Positions 28,904-39,329 of a stretch of 64,000 nucleotides of DNA are shown one piece after another. The stretch's first letter is position 1, and each line of letters opens with the position of its first letter. This DNA comes from Promethearchaeota archaeon (GTDB taxonomy: Archaea; Asgardarchaeota; Lokiarchaeia; Sigyniarchaeales; SOKP01): the NCBI GenBank assembly GCA_019058245.1, contig JAHPZJ010000010.1:32001-96000 (forward strand), given 5' to 3'. The translations under genes were made by a program, and so were the position numbers. Below the pieces are notes generated by a model. The model had not been told where the DNA came from, did no database searches, and worked only from the letters and a program-made list of their open reading frames with translations.

Positions 28904-29083
28904 TTAAACCATTTTATGAAGTCCTTTGTATCTATCGGTACCACAATGAATAAGCTTTGGTTGATAATCTGGATCATCCTTCTTACAATGTGATTCTGAG
29001 TCCTTACAACTCAAACGTGAAATTTGTTCAATGGCTTCACTTAATATTTTTGCAATTTGATTTTCCAATTCTTCCTCATTCAT
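28904..29083 (-). CDS. Uncalled 59-aa Cys/His-containing protein
   Basis: Hand translation: MNEEELENQIAKILSEAIEQISRLSCKDSESHCKKDDPDYQPKLIHCGTDRYKGLHKMV. It ends 14 nt before the next gene's start. Confidence 0.6.
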   Translation of the reverse strand: MNEEELENQIAKILSEAIEQISRLSCKDSESHCKKDDPDYQPKLIHCGTDRYKGLHKMV

Positions 29084-29326
29084 TTCTATTTAGTAAAGTT
29101 TTTGCTAACTTTTCAAGATTTCTAATCTCTAAATAATAGTCTATTTTTAAATTAAAAAGACTAGGAACTCTAAAAATAGATTTTCAAAATTACGTTCTAG
29201 TGCTACGAACAATTAGAAATCACTAAAAAATAAAAGAAAAAACCACGATGTTATCTTCACATTCCAATTCATTTTAAACTATTATTTATTTTATAAAGTA
29301 AGAAAAAATTTTTGAGGTTTTGAAGA

Positions 29327-30139
29327 ATGATTGAGTTTCCTACTGAATTACTTATCATAATAATGCCCATAACGCTTGTAATTCTTTTCATATTATATAA
29401 GTTTAAATTTAAATTATCTCGAGGATCTGTAGCATTTAACAATATCGCACATGTATTAGCTTCTTTAGGTGTTATGTTAGTAATCGTCATTGTTTCTATG
29501 GGATATATGAATAACAATATTATTTTTGTATTGAGCGTAATGCCCCCAGGTACTGCTTATATGTTATATGTTTTATATAGGATTGTTAAATCTGTTCAAC
29601 AACAAGAAAAAACGATTCAAGACATCATCGATTCAAGTTCTCAAACATCAATAGCAGTTGCTAATATTGCTACAGAATTAGCTTCAAGTGCTAGTGAAAT
29701 AAACACGTCTGCTGAAGAAATTTCCACGACAACACAGCAAATTGTAGAATATAGTCGTACATCAATGAAATCTTCTAATGAAATTGAAAATATCATGAAA
29801 TTAATCACTAATATTTCAGATCAAACAAATCTTTTAGCACTCAACGCAAGTATAGAAGCGGGAAGAGCAGGAGAAAAAGGTAAAGGATTTGGGGTTGTGG
29901 CAGACGAAGTTAGAAAGTTAGCTGAAGAATCTAAAAATGCTGTTAGTGATTCTGGCAATAAAATCAGAGAAATTTTAGACAATATAAGATTAACATCCAC
30001 TTCTATGGAAGGTATAAGTGCATCAACAGAACAACAGACTGCTTCAATGCAAGAAATTACTTCTACGGCGCATAAATTAGAAAACTTAGCAGAAGAACTA
30101 AAAGAAAAATTAACTAAAATATCTATAAAATTATCTTAA
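29327..30139 (+). CDS. Methyl-accepting chemotaxis-like protein
   Basis: [40 protein letters not shown] hairpin signature, with three N-terminal TM helices. Confidence 0.9.
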   Translation: MIEFPTELLIIIMPITLVILFILYKFKFKLSRGSVAFNNIAHVLASLGVMLVIVIVSMGYMNNNIIFVLSVMPPGTAYMLYVLYRIVKSVQQQEKTIQDIIDSSSQTSIAVANIATELASSASEINTSAEEISTTTQQIVEYSRTSMKSSNEIENIMKLITNISDQTNLLALNASIEAGRAGEKGKGFGVVADEVRKLAEESKNAVSDSGNKIREILDNIRLTSTSMEGISASTEQQTASMQEITSTAHKLENLAEELKEKLTKISIKLS

Positions 30140-30433
30140 TTTGATTTTTTAAATCAAATATTAATAAAATATCTCTTTTTTTTATTTTTAGGATAAATTT
30201 CCAATTTGTATCAATGTCTCATAAAATCTCGTAAATATTGTTGATTTTATTATTTCTTATAGTTATTATTCAGGAATCCTATTCTGAAAATAATCTATTA
30301 GGCTTTTTCACTTCTTTCCTTATATAAAAATATTTTAATTAGATATTTTTTGAGAAAATTAAATTTCTCAGATAAACCTTTTTTAAAAATTTAAAATTAT
30401 GAAAAAAAAAGGATATTAATATACTATTATACT

Positions 30434-31477
30434 TTATTTTCTGAATTTGAATATTTTAAGTGGAGTACAGAATTTGAGTTTAGAAAAACCTACCTGTTTT
30501 GCTTGTTTTATAAATTCCTCCTTGGTAAAAAATCCTTGAACACCATCTATAGTATGCAACATTATATTTAAATAAGAATTTGCTCGGGGAAATAGTAAAT
30601 TTGAACCAAAATAAATACCTCCAGTTTTTAAACACCGAAAAATTTCATCTAAAGACAATTTCAACTTTGACCAGTGTAATACATTTGCAGTATAAATATA
30701 ATCAAAATAATTATCGGGGTATGGTATCTGGGTAGTTGTTCCCGTTTTAAATTCAGGATGGTAAGGTTTAAGATCTATATAAGCATCCTCTGATAATTCT
30801 AAATATTTTTTTACGCTATAATAAAACTCATTGCTTGCAATATTCATAAAATCTTCATTGATATCAACACCTATTAATTTAAAATCATTTATTGGTTTGA
30901 AATTATGTTTCTTCATCACTCGAGCCCAGAAATCAGCTGTGCTAGTTCCACTTCCACAACCTAAATCTAAAAATTTTCCAGGATATTTTATAAAATCAGG
31001 AGCATATGATATTGTTGTATGTCGCATATATCCATACACTTTTTGAGCTAAAGCATCATCTAAAGTAAATAGATTAGATCCAGAGGATACATCAAAGAAT
31101 TTATTAGATAATCGATCAAATACAGCATTTGCCATGTTTTCCGAAAATTGACAAAGTGATTTATCAAATCCTTCTGGAGGTATTACTTCAATATCTAGGG
31201 TTTTATTTAATAAGAATCCAGTACTGGTTTTTTCAATTGTATTATCACTTAAAAGGGTTTCTAATAAAAGAGAAAGAAATTTATCATCAATTACATTAAA
31301 TTCTTCTTTAATTTCTGAGAATGTATGTGGTTGCTGAAGAAAGCTAAGAAAATTGTCCTTTAACCCTAAAACAACAAGATTCCGATAAAATTCACTCATT
31401 GAATCTGAAAATTTCACATATTTACTTAATTTAATTACATTTTTCCATGCTTTAATACGATTAACCAAAATTGTCAT
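30434..31477 (-). CDS. SAM-dependent methyltransferase with N-terminal wHTH/dimerisation domain
   Basis: FLDLGCGSG and FDYIYTANVLHW motifs. Confidence 0.8.
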   Translation of the reverse strand: MTILVNRIKAWKNVIKLSKYVKFSDSMSEFYRNLVVLGLKDNFLSFLQQPHTFSEIKEEFNVIDDKFLSLLLETLLSDNTIEKTSTGFLLNKTLDIEVIPPEGFDKSLCQFSENMANAVFDRLSNKFFDVSSGSNLFTLDDALAQKVYGYMRHTTISYAPDFIKYPGKFLDLGCGSGTSTADFWARVMKKHNFKPINDFKLIGVDINEDFMNIASNEFYYSVKKYLELSEDAYIDLKPYHPEFKTGTTTQIPYPDNYFDYIYTANVLHWSKLKLSLDEIFRCLKTGGIYFGSNLLFPRANSYLNIMLHTIDGVQGFFTKEEFIKQAKQVGFSKLKFCTPLKIFKFRK

Positions 31478-31553
31478 TATAAACTATACCTTTCAATTCA
31501 AATTTTTTAAGAGTTTTTTCATTTAATTAATTATAATTCAAACAATTCTACGT

Positions 31554-32255
31554 TTACTTGCATACATTTCTTCTATTTAAAAAATCGATTACTTTAATAA
31601 GTTTATTAAGTGAGTCAGTACTCTCAGTTGTTTTCAAAAATTCGATAGTATTAAGATTTGTATTAAAGTAAGAAACTAAATAATCTTTATCAATAGAAAA
31701 CATTGAACTTACTCTGTCAATCATTTGAGGTATTACGTCTTTAAATTTAATCTCTAACTTCGAATAAAGTAAATCATCAAAAATTAGCCGATCTACTAAA
31801 GTGCCATCTAAATTGTCTATATTTGAGTGATCAAAAAATTCTGGTATTAATAAAATTCTAGGGCTTTTAGCGATTAATTGATTATCAGATTTAATTTTAT
31901 TATTCATGTTAGTAATCACGGAGTTCATCCATGGAATTTTGAAACCATCATTTAAATTAATACATATAAGATTATCACCAGAACTCCAGATATGATAAAT
32001 TTCGTCTAGCAATGAAATTTTAAAGTATTCAGGCTTTTTAGAATATTCTTTTAGGGTTTCTTGTACTTTATTATGAAGTAGAGTTGTTAATTCTAATATA
32101 TCAATCAGAGAGGGTGCTACAAGTTCGAATATCCACTTATTAGTTGTACTAAAGATCAGAAAGATATTAAAGAGGGGATGAGATTCTAATGGTTTTTTAT
32201 CTTCCCTTTTTATTTTATAAAAATTCTTATCAATTATTAAATTTCGATTTATCAT
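31554..32255 (-). CDS. Hypothetical protein
   Basis: 233-aa ORF with no recognised motif. Confidence 0.55.
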   Translation of the reverse strand: MINRNLIIDKNFYKIKREDKKPLESHPLFNIFLIFSTTNKWIFELVAPSLIDILELTTLLHNKVQETLKEYSKKPEYFKISLLDEIYHIWSSGDNLICINLNDGFKIPWMNSVITNMNNKIKSDNQLIAKSPRILLIPEFFDHSNIDNLDGTLVDRLIFDDLLYSKLEIKFKDVIPQMIDRVSSMFSIDKDYLVSYFNTNLNTIEFLKTTESTDSLNKLIKVIDFLNRRNVCK

Positions 32256-32392
32256 AATATCTAACCATTTTTTTGTATATCTTTATATTTATAAAAACCA
32301 TTTGTGGTAAATTATCTGCTATTTGGATCTCAAAATGCTCTAATGGTACAAATTACTAAATGTTGATGTATAAAAATAATCTTCATATTTAT

Positions 32393-32499
32393 ATTTTTGT
32401 GACAAAAATGTAAAATAACTCAAAAATATAACTGGTTTTTGTCAAAATTGTAAAATTGTTCAAAAAAAAAAATCAGTTTTTGTCCCAAATATATTTGGG
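32393..32499. repeat. Cluster of short palindromes and a T-run between acr3 and the next gene
   Basis: ATTTTTGTGACAAAAAT (32393-32409), CCCAAATATATTTGGG (32484-32499), an A11 run (T-run on minus), and repeated TTTTTGT(C/G). Confidence 0.45.
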
Positions 32500-32601
32500 G
32501 ATAAAAAGGCGACAATATATATTATCAGAAAGCTTCCACTAATTAATTTAGAAAAAATAAAAGATTTTAAAAATTTGAATTTTCTATGCCATTAAAACTT
32601 C

Positions 32602-33666
32602 TTAAGTCTTCCAAAATCCTTTTTTCCTCAAATAACGCCCTAAATACACAATCGAAAGCATGACTGGTACTTCCCAGAAGAGCCCCATTGTTGTACCTAA
32701 AGCCGCAATTGAACCAATTCCGTATATAGCAATAGCAGTAGCAATAGCAATTTCAAAATGACTTGAAGAACCAATTATTACTGTAATAATTGCTTCCCTA
32801 TATTTCAATTTAAATATTTTTGTTACAAGAATGTTATATCCAACAACAATAACAAATCCAAGTAATAACGGAATCGACACTAAAAGTAAAAGATCTGGAT
32901 TATTTATTAAAACCTCACCATTCATAGAAAATAGAACTACCAATGTTGTAAGTAGAGCAACTATAGATATTTTTCCAACTATTGGTCTATATCTATTGTT
33001 AAACCAATCCTCACCCTTCGAAGATATGAGAATTCTTTTACTAATAACCCCGAATAGAAGTGGAAGTCCAATGAAAATTAAAATTGAAACCAATAATAAA
33101 ACCCAATCAACAGGTATATTTTGAATTCCAGTTAGTAATGTCACCATAGGGGCATAGCCAAATATTATAGTAATAGTATTAAGACTTGTATTCACTACAT
33201 TCTGTTCTTGATTCCCCCTTGCCATCCATCCCCATACTAAAACCATCGCTGTACAAGGACTTGAGCTTAATAAAATAATTGCAACTATTAATTGTTCATA
33301 CCCTGGTACAAATATACGAGCCATGAGTAAACCAACAAATGGAGCAATTAACCAATTTGAAATAATTGTTAAAATTATTGGTTTAGGATTTTTACCTAAT
33401 TTTTTTAATTCAGAGACTTGTAGGTTCAGCATTGCTGGATACATCATTAGGAATAAGCAGATGCCAATTGGTAATGATATTTGCCCTATACTTAAAGCAT
33501 TTATAGCTTGACTTATTCCAGGAATAACCTGAGATAATATAATCCCAAAAAAGATACATATTGCAACCCAGAGGGTAAGATATTTTTCAAAAAATCCAAG
33601 TTCTTTAGAATCTGTTTCCTTTTTTATAGATATTTCCTCTGTTTCTGAAATACTCATTTTTAACAT
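32602..33666 (-). CDS. acr3: ACR3-family arsenite efflux transporter
   Basis: FFEKYLTLWV, LMMYP, SSPCTAMVLVW, SSHFEIAIA and EVPVML motifs. Confidence 0.92.
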   Translation of the reverse strand: MLKMSISETEEISIKKETDSKELGFFEKYLTLWVAICIFFGIILSQVIPGISQAINALSIGQISLPIGICLFLMMYPAMLNLQVSELKKLGKNPKPIILTIISNWLIAPFVGLLMARIFVPGYEQLIVAIILLSSSPCTAMVLVWGWMARGNQEQNVVNTSLNTITIIFGYAPMVTLLTGIQNIPVDWVLLLVSILIFIGLPLLFGVISKRILISSKGEDWFNNRYRPIVGKISIVALLTTLVVLFSMNGEVLINNPDLLLLVSIPLLLGFVIVVGYNILVTKIFKLKYREAIITVIIGSSSHFEIAIATAIAIYGIGSIAALGTTMGLFWEVPVMLSIVYLGRYLRKKGFWKT

Positions 33667-33862
33667 CCAAATTTTTCATGCTATTTTTAAAATTCAAATT
33701 TAATATATTAATTTTAATTTATGATATTTGAACTATTTATGAAATGGATCAAATAAAAATATTTGGATTTAAAGAAATTAGGAAAATATTTATATAAATA
33801 TATGTGTATTATATATAAAAGCATGATAAATTGTAAATATTTAAATAAAGATCCAAGTATAG

Positions 33863-34303
33863 GTGAATAAGATCAATAGAAAACGTACTAATGAGATAGT
33901 AAATTCCCTTGAAAGCTGTATTGATTTGCAGACAATTGATGTCAATACTTATTTTAAAGATTTACAAGAATTAGGGAATAAATTAGAATATAATAATAAA
34001 TTTAAGCATTTAGTAGATTTTTGTGATACGTTTGGAAATAAAGAGCGTTTAAAAATAGTTATGATATTAAGAAATGATGACCATTGCGTTTGTGAATTAG
34101 AAGCAATCTTAGATAAATCACAACCATCAATATCTCATCATCTTCGGATTCTTGAGAGTACTGGACTTATAAGAAGTTTTAAAAAAGGAAAATTTACGCA
34201 TTATGAATTAGTAAGAGAAAAATTAACGGAATATATTAGGTTATTTTCTGAGATATTTGATTTAGGTTTTATAAAAGAATCTTATTCTATCCTAAAAAAA
34301 TGA
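33863..34303 (+). CDS. arsR: ArsR/SmtB family repressor
   Basis: HCVCELE..SQPSISHHLRIL motif; divergent from acr3. Confidence 0.88.
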   Translation: MNKINRKRTNEIVNSLESCIDLQTIDVNTYFKDLQELGNKLEYNNKFKHLVDFCDTFGNKERLKIVMILRNDDHCVCELEAILDKSQPSISHHLRILESTGLIRSFKKGKFTHYELVREKLTEYIRLFSEIFDLGFIKESYSILKK

Positions 34304-34404
34304 ATTAAAACAGACTTGTCATATAATAAATCATAAATGTAAAAAAGTATAATCAGCAAATTCAATTGAGGATTTAAATTTAAAAAAATTCACTTTTCAA
34401 CATT

Positions 34405-35466
34405 TTAAATCGATATTTTCTCCATTTTTACTTTCTGAATAACTTCATAAGTTCTATGTAATAATTCATATCCGACTTCAGGGGGGGTCCAACCTGACAA
34501 TCCACAATCAGGACCAATAAACTTTAACCTGTCTCCGTAATGATTAAGAGCAGTAAGTAAATTTTTTCGTATTTTTTCCTTTGGATCGATTAAATTCATT
34601 GTACCTTCAAAAGTTTTTATTTCCTCATAGGTTTTTCCTGAATCTAGTATTTCAGCGATAATACTATCAATATTTGTCCGTACAATTCCAACTCGAATAT
34701 ATTTATCGTTTTTTTCTAAATCTTTCTTAGGAAGCTTATTATTTGGATCAGAGGCATATTCACATGTAAGTACATCAATATTTTTTGATTTCATGCAAAT
34801 ATTGGCTTGAAGTAAGCTATGAAGGTGAATTTGAACAGTAGCATTGATGTTTTCTAAAGTTTTATCAAAAATAGTTACAATCTCATCGTCAGAAGTGTTA
34901 ATTAGGTCAATATATCCAAAAGAGGGTTCATCAATGGATATAACAGGTGTCATTATATATTTAGTGTTGTATAGAGAATTTTTAAGAAACGAATTGATTG
35001 ATTTGGCAATATTTAATGCAATATCTAAATAAACTGTAAAACTATGTTTTTTCACATATAATTCAATAGGACCAGTAACACATAATTTTATGTTTAAGGG
35101 TGTACTGGTTCTTTCGTAATACTCTTTAGCATACTTTTTAATTACAAACATTTCTGGTATAATTGCTTTACTTGAGTCAATTAAATCGGGTTGAGTTTCA
35201 TATTCAGAAATAGGTTTTAAAAATTGATTATACATATCCATAAGTTGTGGGTAATTTATGATTTCTACTCCCGCGTTAAGCTTTTGCTGAAAGGATTGCA
35301 AAATAGGATGTTGAAAATAATTTATAATTCCTCTATTTTCGAAAATGTTTTCATTTCTAGTTAAACTATTATAGGCAATCCAATAGAATTTATTGAAGAC
35401 TTCTCTTTCGATATATTCTGGTAAAGGAAAACTTCCTACATCATCATATTGTGGAAAATCTTTCAC
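34405..35466 (-). CDS. Methionine synthase II-like (MetE catalytic domain only) protein
   Basis: DDVGSFP, VTGP, IDEP, HLH and PDCGL zinc-binding motifs. Confidence 0.75.
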   Translation of the reverse strand: MKDFPQYDDVGSFPLPEYIEREVFNKFYWIAYNSLTRNENIFENRGIINYFQHPILQSFQQKLNAGVEIINYPQLMDMYNQFLKPISEYETQPDLIDSSKAIIPEMFVIKKYAKEYYERTSTPLNIKLCVTGPIELYVKKHSFTVYLDIALNIAKSINSFLKNSLYNTKYIMTPVISIDEPSFGYIDLINTSDDEIVTIFDKTLENINATVQIHLHSLLQANICMKSKNIDVLTCEYASDPNNKLPKKDLEKNDKYIRVGIVRTNIDSIIAEILDSGKTYEEIKTFEGTMNLIDPKEKIRKNLLTALNHYGDRLKFIGPDCGLSGWTPPEVGYELLHRTYEVIQKVKMEKISI

Positions 35467-35719
35467 TTGATATGCCTCTGATATTTATTAGCTCTTATTA
35501 CAGAATTTATTTCAAAAATTGAATAAATTAATTTAACCAAAATTATAATAATTATTACTTTTTTCATTGATATCTTTTATTTTATTCATATAATATATAT
35601 ACACCCAAATTTGCTCTTTTTTAACTAAAATAATCAAATCTAACTTAATTGATATTAACTCTTATATGTGCTTATGTTTGAATAAATAACTATATCTCTA
35701 AATATAGTAAAATGGTTTT

Positions 35720-36334
35720 TTAATAGTCAATACCTTTTCGTGCTATTATGCCCTTATTATATGGATGATTAATGGAATTGAAACTTATAACATAGTCAGC
35801 AACATCTCTCAATTTTTTATAAAACATCATTCCTGTAAAAATCAATTCTACATTGTTAGGTTTATTTTTGATTAAATTAATTAAATCATTCAATTCAATC
35901 AAGTGCATTGAGACAGCAGTAACTACTTCATCTAAAGCAACTAAATCATATTTTCCTGAATTGACTGTGTCAATAGCGAACTTAAATCCTTTTCTTATAG
36001 ATTCAATTTCTTTTGTGTTTTTATGCATATTTCCAGTTAAAAATGATCCAGTTCCAAATTGTCTAATTTCAATAAATCGTTTAAGAAAGTGAATTTCACC
36101 CATAAAAAATCCATGCTTTTTATCTTCTTTTACATGTCGCTTTAGAAATTGAATTAAAATGGGATTTAAATTATGCCCCAGTGCTCTAATTATCAATCCA
36201 ATTAGTGTAGTAGTTTTACCCTTTCCATCTCCACAATAATAATGCGTTAATCCTATTTTTAAATGAGATCTATTTGAAAACATTGATTTATAATTTCTTT
36301 TACTAATGGGGTTTTTTTCTATTTCCATAATCAT
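35720..36334 (-). CDS. cobA: Cob(I)yrinic acid a,c-diamide adenosyltransferase (CobA/BtuR)
   Basis: GDGKGKTT, IQFLK, YDLVALDE, ELIFTG and HPY..GI.ARKGIDY motifs. Confidence 0.88.
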   Translation of the reverse strand: MIMEIEKNPISKRNYKSMFSNRSHLKIGLTHYYCGDGKGKTTTLIGLIIRALGHNLNPILIQFLKRHVKEDKKHGFFMGEIHFLKRFIEIRQFGTGSFLTGNMHKNTKEIESIRKGFKFAIDTVNSGKYDLVALDEVVTAVSMHLIELNDLINLIKNKPNNVELIFTGMMFYKKLRDVADYVISFNSINHPYNKGIIARKGIDY

Positions 36335-36352
36335 TATTTTTTTATTTTTAAT

Positions 36353-36655
36353 TCAAATAAAAGCGAAAATTCTACCAGGACAAATATATTTTCCTTTATT
36401 ATTGATATAATCCGACTTTCTTAACTTATAACACTCACAGCAATAAAACTCAATACAATCATTCTGCCATAGATTAATCATATATTCAATTTTGTCTTCA
36501 TTATGCTGAGAACAATAATCCCAGAAATCTAATTTTTTTTGACAATCCCAGCATACTCTTAATTTAATAGAATTTATGGATAAATTATATTTTTTAAAAT
36601 AATCCAATACGGATTTTCTTGGAATATAAATATTTTTTATTAGTTCAATATTCAT
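36353..36655 (-). CDS. Small zinc-finger-like hypothetical protein
   Basis: CWDC...FYCCEC pattern. Confidence 0.55.
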   Translation of the reverse strand: MNIELIKNIYIPRKSVLDYFKKYNLSINSIKLRVCWDCQKKLDFWDYCSQHNEDKIEYMINLWQNDCIEFYCCECYKLRKSDYINNKGKYICPGRIFAFI

Positions 36656-36680
36656 AATTTAAGTTTTTATGATAATTTGT

Positions 36681-37304
36681 TTATAGATTTTTCATTTTAA
36701 CAATTTGATTTATTTCATCAATTTCCATATCCTGAAAAACAATAGGAACTTCTTTTTTAAGAATCTCAAGAATTTTAATAGTCAAATTACGTATTTCCCA
36801 TTGGGCTGATTTTTCACCCCTTAGTTTAATGATATGTCTTAATTCACGAAAGTTAGCTGTCATTATTATTTCACTTTCTATTGCATTTGGTAATATATAA
36901 CGTGCATCCTCCTTTTTTATTCCTAATTTTCGTAAACACATGTACTTCTTCTGAATCTCAAATATAAGATCTAAAAATATTTTGTGTGTTGTATAATTAC
37001 TTCTAATATCACTGGGTTCAATAAAATTAAAATTCTCTTGATTTACATATCTCTGGGATTCTTGAGTAAAAGAACAAAGTCGATGTCGCACTAATTGGTG
37101 TGTTAATGCCCGAGATACACCTGAAATTTTAAAAGATGCTGTTGCATGCTCTAATACAGACTCATGACCTCGTTTTATAAGCATTTTAATAAAAGGTTTA
37201 TAACTTCTATCTGTTTGCTTCTCAAAAGATTGATATGAAGTTCTTGCTGCATTTTCAATATGTCTTTCGGCATTTGGTGTAATGGAAAGTAGTTCAATTT
37301 TCAT
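36681..37304 (-). CDS. thyX: FAD-dependent thymidylate synthase
   Basis: GHESVLEH, QLVRHRLCSFTQESQRY, EDARYILP and AQWEIR motifs. Confidence 0.93.
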   Translation of the reverse strand: MKIELLSITPNAERHIENAARTSYQSFEKQTDRSYKPFIKMLIKRGHESVLEHATASFKISGVSRALTHQLVRHRLCSFTQESQRYVNQENFNFIEPSDIRSNYTTHKIFLDLIFEIQKKYMCLRKLGIKKEDARYILPNAIESEIIMTANFRELRHIIKLRGEKSAQWEIRNLTIKILEILKKEVPIVFQDMEIDEINQIVKMKNL

Positions 37305-37349
37305 TTTAAAGTCATCTCTAATTGTTCCATTAAATAATTTTCATACTTT

Positions 37350-37646
37350 TTAATTATTAATATATTCTGTAGACAAATATTCATCCAATTCTTTTTTTAG
37401 GTAATTCAATTTTAGAGTAAATTCTCTCAGTTTAAGATTTTCACCACTCAAAAATAGATTTTTGAATTTTTGGGTATATTGACTTACATTTTTTATAATC
37501 TCTATTATTTCTAATTGTTTATTAAATGGACGTTGAAGTTTTTCAAAAATAAGTTCATTAAAGAATAAATTAACGTTTTTAAATTCAATATTTTCACAGA
37601 TTTCAAAGAAATGGGCTAGGATTTGAGTTATCTTATCTCCTTTCAA
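37350..37646 (-). CDS. Hypothetical protein
   Basis: 98-aa ORF upstream of thyX. Confidence 0.5.
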   Translation of the reverse strand: MKGDKITQILAHFFEICENIEFKNVNLFFNELIFEKLQRPFNKQLEIIEIIKNVSQYTQKFKNLFLSGENLKLREFTLKLNYLKKELDEYLSTEYINN

Positions 37647-38056
37647 TTTAAACTCACATTATTCTATTTTAAAATGTTATATATTTATAGGATAAGTTTC
37701 CTATAAAATTTAATTATTTGCAAAATTCATCTAAAATTATTTTTAAATCAAGTTCAGACTGAAGATATCTAAGAATTATCAAAATTAATAATAATTTTTT
37801 GTTTAGAAAAACCATGTCATTAACTTATTATTTTTAGTAGTCAAATTATTTTTGATGTTATTCTCCCAAAATAAAATTATATAAATTTTAGGGTTTATGT
37901 CGGAGACCTAATTCTCGCTAACTATGATTACCGCTAAATATTTATATGTGTTAATTTATGTAAATTTTGTTTAAGCAATTTTTTAACAAAACTTTATATA
38001 CTTCAAAATCATTCCAAAGCGATTTTTAATAAAAGAAAATTTATGGAAGATCATCA

Positions 38057-39307
38057 ATGAAAGAATTAAACAATATTCCAGAATTTTTAAAGTATTTTCA
38101 GATAACTTCCCCTTCAGAATTTAATATTAATAAAGAAAATATTTTTTATCGGGATAAATATAATGATATTATTAATTTTATTAAAGCTATGATAACCAAT
38201 CATAACGATCCTAAGTTAAAAAGTTATATTGAACCAAAAGGAGCTATTTTAATTAATGTTAATCCTGGAACGGATATTCTAGATTATTTACAACTAATTT
38301 CAAAAAATTATTACTTAGATCTAATTGAAATTAATGAAGAGGAAATCAATAAAGATCCAAATAATTTTTTAGAAGGTCTTATACAAATTATAGATGCTTT
38401 TGGAAAAGATATTATAAAAGAAAATGACAAGAAAGTTGGTAGTATAGAATCTGATAAAAATAGTGAAAAAAAAATATTATTGATTAATCAGCAAAAGATA
38501 TTTAAAAAGAAATTAGAAGGGAAAAATCTTCTGGAAGAATTTTTGAATAGTAGAAAAAAGAAGAGAGATAATTTTAGTTTTATCAATGGAAATTTAATTC
38601 TAATATGGATAAATTATGATATCCAAGATATTAGCAATTTATCAGACAAGCTATATTCTACATTTGATCTTTTTATTAAAATCCCATTAATAAATAAAAT
38701 AGAACGAGAAACAGTATTGAAGGATTTTTTAGAAAAAAATAGTAAGATTGTCTTTGATATTAATGAGATTGTAAATTACACTGAAAATTGGGAAGTTAAA
38801 GATATACAACAACTATTGAAGGTTGGAATATTTAAACACTTCTTGAATTCAGAATTAAATGAAACAAGTAATGAAATTACGGATATCTTAACTGATTTAA
38901 TAATCTCTGGTGAATACTTACCTAATGTTGTTCCTCCTGATTCAAAAAATAGCCTAAAAGTAGAATTAAATGAAGAAAAAATTCAAAATACACAATCTCT
39001 TGCCTCCCAGATGTCTTTAGATGTTGAAAATTACAAAGATGTAAGCGGATTTGTTAAGGATATTCGTGAATCAAATATTTCAGAATTTATACTAAATCAA
39101 CTATATGAAAATGCTGCTTCGAAAAACTATACTGAACTTGTGTTAATAATTGATAAATTGGCTAAAAAAGAACCTTTGGAAGAAGGTGAAATGAAAATGA
39201 TTGCAAATTATTCATTCATCCTAAACGATTCTCCAAACAGGGCTCAAATAAACTTAGAGAAGGCGAAAAAACGAGTAGATCTTATAAAGCAAGCATTTGG
39301 TAAATGA
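38057..39307 (+). CDS. Degenerate AAA+ ATPase-like protein
   Basis: PKGAILINVNPGTD is a broken Walker A. FDLFIKIPLINKIERETVLK..FDINEIVNYTENWEVKDIQQL resembles the lid of classical AAA proteins. Confidence 0.6.
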   Translation: MKELNNIPEFLKYFQITSPSEFNINKENIFYRDKYNDIINFIKAMITNHNDPKLKSYIEPKGAILINVNPGTDILDYLQLISKNYYLDLIEINEEEINKDPNNFLEGLIQIIDAFGKDIIKENDKKVGSIESDKNSEKKILLINQQKIFKKKLEGKNLLEEFLNSRKKKRDNFSFINGNLILIWINYDIQDISNLSDKLYSTFDLFIKIPLINKIERETVLKDFLEKNSKIVFDINEIVNYTENWEVKDIQQLLKVGIFKHFLNSELNETSNEITDILTDLIISGEYLPNVVPPDSKNSLKVELNEEKIQNTQSLASQMSLDVENYKDVSGFVKDIRESNISEFILNQLYENAASKNYTELVLIIDKLAKKEPLEEGEMKMIANYSFILNDSPNRAQINLEKAKKRVDLIKQAFGK

Positions 39308-39329
39308 TTGATTATAGGAGGACATAAAT

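Noticed and set aside
35467-35719. Cobalamin or SAM riboswitch near the metE-like/cobA genes
   Set aside because: The intergenic DNA is almost pure AT with no recognisable riboswitch core.
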